A DNA stretch of 63,212 bases, the filler included. It is 10 parts of 10 records of this genome, joined end to end, with 100 filler letters (N's around TTAATTAATTAA, not from the genome) between each part and the next. Parts side by side here need not be neighbours in the genome. Positions count along the whole stretch, not along the records: positions 57,058 to 63,212 come from SRR31156797_48264; 9 more parts are not named here. One strand, given 5' to 3'. The translations under genes and the position numbers were made by a program. The notes under the pieces are model-generated. The model had not been told where the DNA came from. It saw nothing but the letters and a program-made list of their open reading frames with translations, and did no database searches. The stretch's first letter is position 1, and the number at the start of each line of letters is the position of its first letter. Positions 59,362 through 63,212 of the stretch are shown here, piece after piece.

Positions 59362-60141
59362 ATGAAAAAAGTTGCTTTAATTACAGGTGCAAGTAGTGGT
59401 ATTGGTAAAGAGTTTGCTAGAATTCACGCTGAAAAAGGTGGAGATCTTGTCATCGTAGCAAGGCGAAAAGAAAAATTAGAAGAACTAAAAACTGAACTGG
59501 AAAATAAATATAGTATAAAAGTAGAAATCATTATTAAAGATTTAAGTAAAGCTACAGCTCCTCAGGAGATATTTGATGAAGTTAAAAGTAAAAAAATCGA
59601 AATAGAATATCTGATTAACAATGCAGGATTTGGAGGACAGGGAAAATTCCACGAAAGAGCATGGGAAAAAGATCTAGCTATGATTAACTTGAACGTGGTA
59701 ACTCTAACTGCTTTAACAAGACTATTCTTGCCGGAATTAGTAAAAAGAAATAACGGGAAAATCCTAAACGTATCGTCTACAGCTTCACTACTACCCGGAC
59801 CATTACAAGCTGTATACTATGCTACAAAAGCATATGTTACATCATTTAGTAATGCAATCGCTGAGGAATTAAGTGATACAAATATTACAGTTACAGCTCT
59901 ATTACCCGGTGCAACTGCAACTGAATTTGCCAGTACTTCAGGAATGGATAAAACTTCATTATTTGAAAAAACATTTACAGCAAGAGAAGTTGCTCAAGAT
60001 GGATATAATGCTATGTTAGAGGGCAAATTAAACGTAATGGCCGGTGTATCTTTTGGTCAAAAAATGATGATGAACTCTATTCCGTTGATGCCTAAAAAAA
60101 TGCTCCTTAAACAAGTACACGAGATGCAAAAATCAAAATAG
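59362..60141 (+). CDS. Short-chain dehydrogenase/reductase
   Basis: TGASSGIG, NNAGFG, YYATK. Confidence 0.93.
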   Translation: MKKVALITGASSGIGKEFARIHAEKGGDLVIVARRKEKLEELKTELENKYSIKVEIIIKDLSKATAPQEIFDEVKSKKIEIEYLINNAGFGGQGKFHERAWEKDLAMINLNVVTLTALTRLFLPELVKRNNGKILNVSSTASLLPGPLQAVYYATKAYVTSFSNAIAEELSDTNITVTALLPGATATEFASTSGMDKTSLFEKTFTAREVAQDGYNAMLEGKLNVMAGVSFGQKMMMNSIPLMPKKMLLKQVHEMQKSK

Positions 60142-60150
60142 ATATATATC

Positions 60151-60192
60151 AAAAGTTCAGGCTTATTAAGCAATAACAGGCCTGAACTTTTA
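60151..60192. terminator. Bidirectional terminator
   Basis: AAAAGTTCAGG...CCTGAACTTTT between convergent genes. Confidence 0.75.
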
Positions 60193-60210
60193 TTGTGAAC
60201 TATAATTAAC

Positions 60211-60741
60211 TTATTTTTCTCTTCTTATATATGTTCCCTGTAACATTCCATCAAATACTTTACTTTCAATAAGGGTCAAATCAATTTCCGGATTATCTTT
60301 TTTAAACAGGCATATTCCACCACCTAAAATAGCCGGAATTATTGTAATAATATACTCATCTATCAGATTTTTCTTAATAAACATATCCACTATTTCCGCT
60401 CCGCCAATTAACCAAATATCTTTTCCCGGTTCAGATTTTAGCTTTTTCAGCAGTTTTTCAGGTGATTCAGTTATAAACTCAACATGCTCAGTTTTTATAT
60501 ATTTTTTTCGTGAATACACATAACCTTTTCTACCTGAATATGGATATTCTCCCCATTCAAGAATTTGCTGATAAGTAGAATTTCCCATTATAACAGTATC
60601 AACATTTTCATAAAACTTTTCATAACCGATATCTGCCTCAGGTTCACTGCCATCGCCTTTTAACCAATCAACGCCCCCGTTTATATCAGCTATATAACCA
60701 TCTAAACTCTCTGCTATATATAATATTACTTTTCTAGCCAT
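60211..60741 (-). CDS. Dihydrofolate reductase/RibD C-terminal family protein
   Basis: YIAESLDGYIA, VIMG.STY, DIWLIGG, LIDE...IIP.ILGGG. Confidence 0.9.
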   Translation of the reverse strand: MARKVILYIAESLDGYIADINGGVDWLKGDGSEPEADIGYEKFYENVDTVIMGNSTYQQILEWGEYPYSGRKGYVYSRKKYIKTEHVEFITESPEKLLKKLKSEPGKDIWLIGGAEIVDMFIKKNLIDEYIITIIPAILGGGICLFKKDNPEIDLTLIESKVFDGMLQGTYIRREK

Positions 60742-60852
60742 AGGACTTCCTCCTCCCTTTTGTTCTAAACTTTAGTTATTCCTTCGTGAATATTATACTT
60801 CTCTTTTTGACAGTTCTCAATCCAAATTGTGATATAATGACTAAAAGTTAGA

Positions 60853-61230
60853 ATGGAGGAGAGTATGAAAAACATAAAAATTTATAACAAACTGGTAAGA
60901 GATAAGATTCCTGAAATAATAAAAAACTCTAATCGCCAATACGATAGTTATATTGCTGATACAGGTAAATATCAAAGTAAATTACATGAAAAACTACTGG
61001 AAGAAGTAAATGAATTTATAGAAGATCCATCTATAGAGGAATTAGCTGATATTTTGGAAGTAATTGATTCTATTAAAGAATTTTATAGTTTTGATAATAG
61101 TGATATATCTAAAACTAAAAAAGAAAAGTTTGATAAAAGAGGCGGTTTTGTTAAAAGAATTATTTTAGAAAAAGTATATGATAAAGTGTGTGATGAAGTG
61201 TGTGATAAAAATAAAAAACAGACCTTTTAA
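60853..61230 (+). CDS. MazG-like nucleoside triphosphate pyrophosphohydrolase
   Basis: YNKLVRDKIPEII, KLLEEVNEF, EELADILEV, KRGGF. Confidence 0.85.
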   Translation: MEESMKNIKIYNKLVRDKIPEIIKNSNRQYDSYIADTGKYQSKLHEKLLEEVNEFIEDPSIEELADILEVIDSIKEFYSFDNSDISKTKKEKFDKRGGFVKRIILEKVYDKVCDEVCDKNKKQTF

Positions 61231-61245
61231 GCAAAGGTCTGTTTT
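61216..61245. terminator. Bidirectional terminator, IS insertion site
   Basis: AAAACAGACCTTT/AAAGGTCTGTTTT. Confidence 0.75.
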
Positions 61246-61248
61246 GAT

Positions 61249-62718
61249 GGGAATGTGAAGTCTACTCTGTAAATTGAAGATATTTAATATCACGACTTTC
61301 TATGGTAATATTACATAGGAGGTCGTTTTTTATGGCTAAAAGAAAAACTCGTTTGACTGAAGGTAAAATGAATATTATTAAAGGTCTTTTAGAAGAATAT
61401 GACATTGAATCAGCTCAAGATATTCAAGAGGCTCTTAAGGAATTACTTGGAGGTACTATCGAAACTATGCTCCAATCTGAAATGGATCATCATCTTGGCT
61501 ACAAGCATTACGAAAGAAGTGGTTCTGACAACTTTAGAAATGGCACTAAATCTAAAAAAGTAAGAAGTTCATACGGAGAATTTGCTATTGATGTTCCACA
61601 AGATAGAGAATCATCTTTTGATCCTAAAGTTGTTTCTAAAGGTGAAAAAGATATATCTGGTATTGAAGCTAAGATAATTAAAATGTATGCAAAAGGACTC
61701 TCTACAAGACAAATTTCTGAGCAAATAGATGATATTTATGGTTTTAAAGTTAGTGAAGGGCTTGTGTCTGATATTACTGATAAAATATTACCAGAAATAG
61801 AAGATTGGAAAAACAGACCATTATCTACAGTTTACCCCATTGTATTTATTGATGCTATTCACTTTTCAGTTAAAGAGAATAATTTAATTAGAAAATTGGC
61901 TGCATATGTTGTTTTAGGAGTAAACTCAGATGGTTTAAAGGAAGTTTTATCAATAAGCATTGGTGAAAATGAAAGTTCTAAGTATTGGTTGGGAATTTTA
62001 AATGACCTAAAAAATAGAGGAGTAAAAGACATATTAGTATTATGTGCAGATGGTTTGACTGGCTTAAAAGATTCCATAACAACAGCTTTTCCCAATACAG
62101 AATATCAGAGATGTATAGTTCACCAAATTCGAAATACACTAAAACACGTTTCTCATAAATATAAAAAAGAACTAGCAAAAGACTTAAAATCAATATATCA
62201 CGCTCCAACAGAAGAAATAGGTTTTGAGAACTTAACTAAAGTAAAATCAAAATGGAATGAAATCTATCCATACGCCTTAAGAAGTTGGGAGGCAAATTGG
62301 GACGTTCTAAGCCCAATATTCAAATTTTCATCGGAAATAAGAAAAGTAATTTATACAACAAATGCAATAGAAAGCTTAAATAGTAGCTATAGAAGATTGA
62401 ATAGAAACAGAAGTGTTTTTCCAAGTAAAAAATCACTTCTAAAAGCGCTCTATCTTTCAACAGAAGAAGCAACGAAAAAATGGAAAAGTCCTCTAAGAAA
62501 TTGGGGAAGAATATATGGAGAATTATCCATAATGTATGATGGCAGATTAGCTTAAAAAAGAAAGTAAAAAGCCTCCAAAGAGGAGGCAATTTTGAAGTGG
62601 ATAAAAATATTTAAATTAAATTATACCAAAACACATTCCTTAAAACATAGGGAATAGCAAGTAAACTTATCACTAAACCCATAGAAAGTCCAATTTACCG
62701 AAAGACTTTCACATTCCC
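61249..62718 (+). mobile_element. Complete IS256-family insertion sequence (1470 bp)
   Basis: IRL GGGAATGTGAAGTCTACTCTGTAAATTG, IRR revcomp GGGAATGTGAAAGTCTTTCGGTAAATTG; 8-bp TSD GTTTTGAT at 61241-61248 and 62719-62726. Confidence 0.95.
61332..62555 (+). CDS. IS256 family transposase
   Basis: VPQDR..SF.P, MYAKGLSTR, VFIDA, ADGL.G, QRCIVHQIRN, YTTNAIES; AGGAGG RBS before ATG 61332. Confidence 0.96.
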   Translation: MAKRKTRLTEGKMNIIKGLLEEYDIESAQDIQEALKELLGGTIETMLQSEMDHHLGYKHYERSGSDNFRNGTKSKKVRSSYGEFAIDVPQDRESSFDPKVVSKGEKDISGIEAKIIKMYAKGLSTRQISEQIDDIYGFKVSEGLVSDITDKILPEIEDWKNRPLSTVYPIVFIDAIHFSVKENNLIRKLAAYVVLGVNSDGLKEVLSISIGENESSKYWLGILNDLKNRGVKDILVLCADGLTGLKDSITTAFPNTEYQRCIVHQIRNTLKHVSHKYKKELAKDLKSIYHAPTEEIGFENLTKVKSKWNEIYPYALRSWEANWDVLSPIFKFSSEIRKVIYTTNAIESLNSSYRRLNRNRSVFPSKKSLLKALYLSTEEATKKWKSPLRNWGRIYGELSIMYDGRLA

Positions 62719-62729
62719 GTTTTGATATG

Positions 62730-63212
62730 TTATTCTGTTTTAAATCCTGCTATATTTGACTGAAGATCAAATATTAATTTCGTAAGTATATCCAATTCAC
62801 CAAGGTTTTTCATTAATACATTTTTGATTTTAACTGAAATCTCATTAGTATTAATTGAGATTTGCTCAATCTCTGCTGAACTGTTTGTAATGCTATCCAT
62901 AGCATTTGTTACCTCATTTACCGAAAGAGATTGTTCTTCTAGTGATTTATTAACATTTGTAATTTTATTTCCATTCTCTGCGATAATATCATTTATTTCA
63001 GTCATTTTATCTTTTACGATAGTATTAACTTCTAATGCAGAAAATACATTTTTTTCAATATGATCATTTGCTGATTTAACTTTTGATACTTCCTGTTGAA
63101 TTGTATTGATGATATCTTCAATTTTTGATGTTTCACCACTTGTTTTCTCAGCTAATTTTCTAATCTCTTCAGCAACTACCGAGAATCCTCTACCTGCTTC
63201 TCCGGCTCTTGC
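62730..63212 (-). CDS. Methyl-accepting chemotaxis protein, C-terminal fragment
   Basis: Reverse strand reads ARAGEAGRGFSVVAEEIRKLAEKT... to a stop at 62730. Confidence 0.9.
   Translation of the reverse strand, partial: ARAGEAGRGFSVVAEEIRKLAEKTSGETSKIEDIINTIQQEVSKVKSANDHIEKNVFSALEVNTIVKDKMTEINDIIAENGNKITNVNKSLEEQSLSVNEVTNAMDSITNSSAEIEQISINTNEISVKIKNVLMKNLGELDILTKLIFDLQSNIAGFKTE

Noticed and set aside
58486-61230. M48 peptidase plus MazG-like gene as a possible defence island
   Set aside because: No restriction, nuclease or other defence genes; the genes are separately transcribed and interspersed with metabolic genes
1-63212. CRISPR arrays, tRNA or rRNA genes
   Set aside because: None recognised by eye; a covariance-model scan would be needed to exclude them formally

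Overview
This window is not one genome. It is ten unrelated ~5-9 kb contigs joined by artificial 100-nt spacers (N44-TTAATTAATTAA-N44), so no gene context is valid across spacers. Taxon labels below are inferred from gene style and composition. (1) 1-8728, GC-rich alphaproteobacterium: a cluster of TPR/TIGR04372-like glycosyltransferases divergent from a sigma54-driven fliK-flgD-flgE operon. (2) 8829-15390: EamA plus a hexuronate catabolic operon (TRAP dctQM, uxaE, SDR, manD). (3) 15491-21035, FCB-like: an Ig/CTD surface protein end, an OsmC remnant and a PocR/PAS kinase-Rcp1-hybrid kinase triad. (4) 21136-26349, Bacteroidota: proB end, proA, argF', hisA, four-helix-bundle gene, hisF, hisIE. 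(5) 26450-31917: Zn-ribbon protein, M30-like lipoprotein, xseB-ispA-dxs-ispG. (6) 32018-39970, Desulfovibrionaceae: cmk, hisC, rsgA with a structured uORF leader, usp, a sigma54 gene, dsrKJOP. (7) 40071-45221, spirochaete-like: thrC-like, pcnB, P-loop/Asp23 protein, start of rnfC. (8) 45322-51340: hybrid kinase, FkbM, 5'-nucleotidase. (9) 51441-56957, Methanosarcinales-like: dockerin surface protein and PAS kinases. (10) 57058-63212, low GC: CDGSH protein, a candidate UCCC-rich sRNA, M48, SDR, DHFR-like, MazG-like, a complete IS256 with 8-bp TSD, and an MCP end. The best novelty candidates are the unannotated sRNA (58205-58337), the uORF/attenuator leader of rsgA, and the paralogous glycosyltransferase cluster beside a repeat-expanded FlgE.
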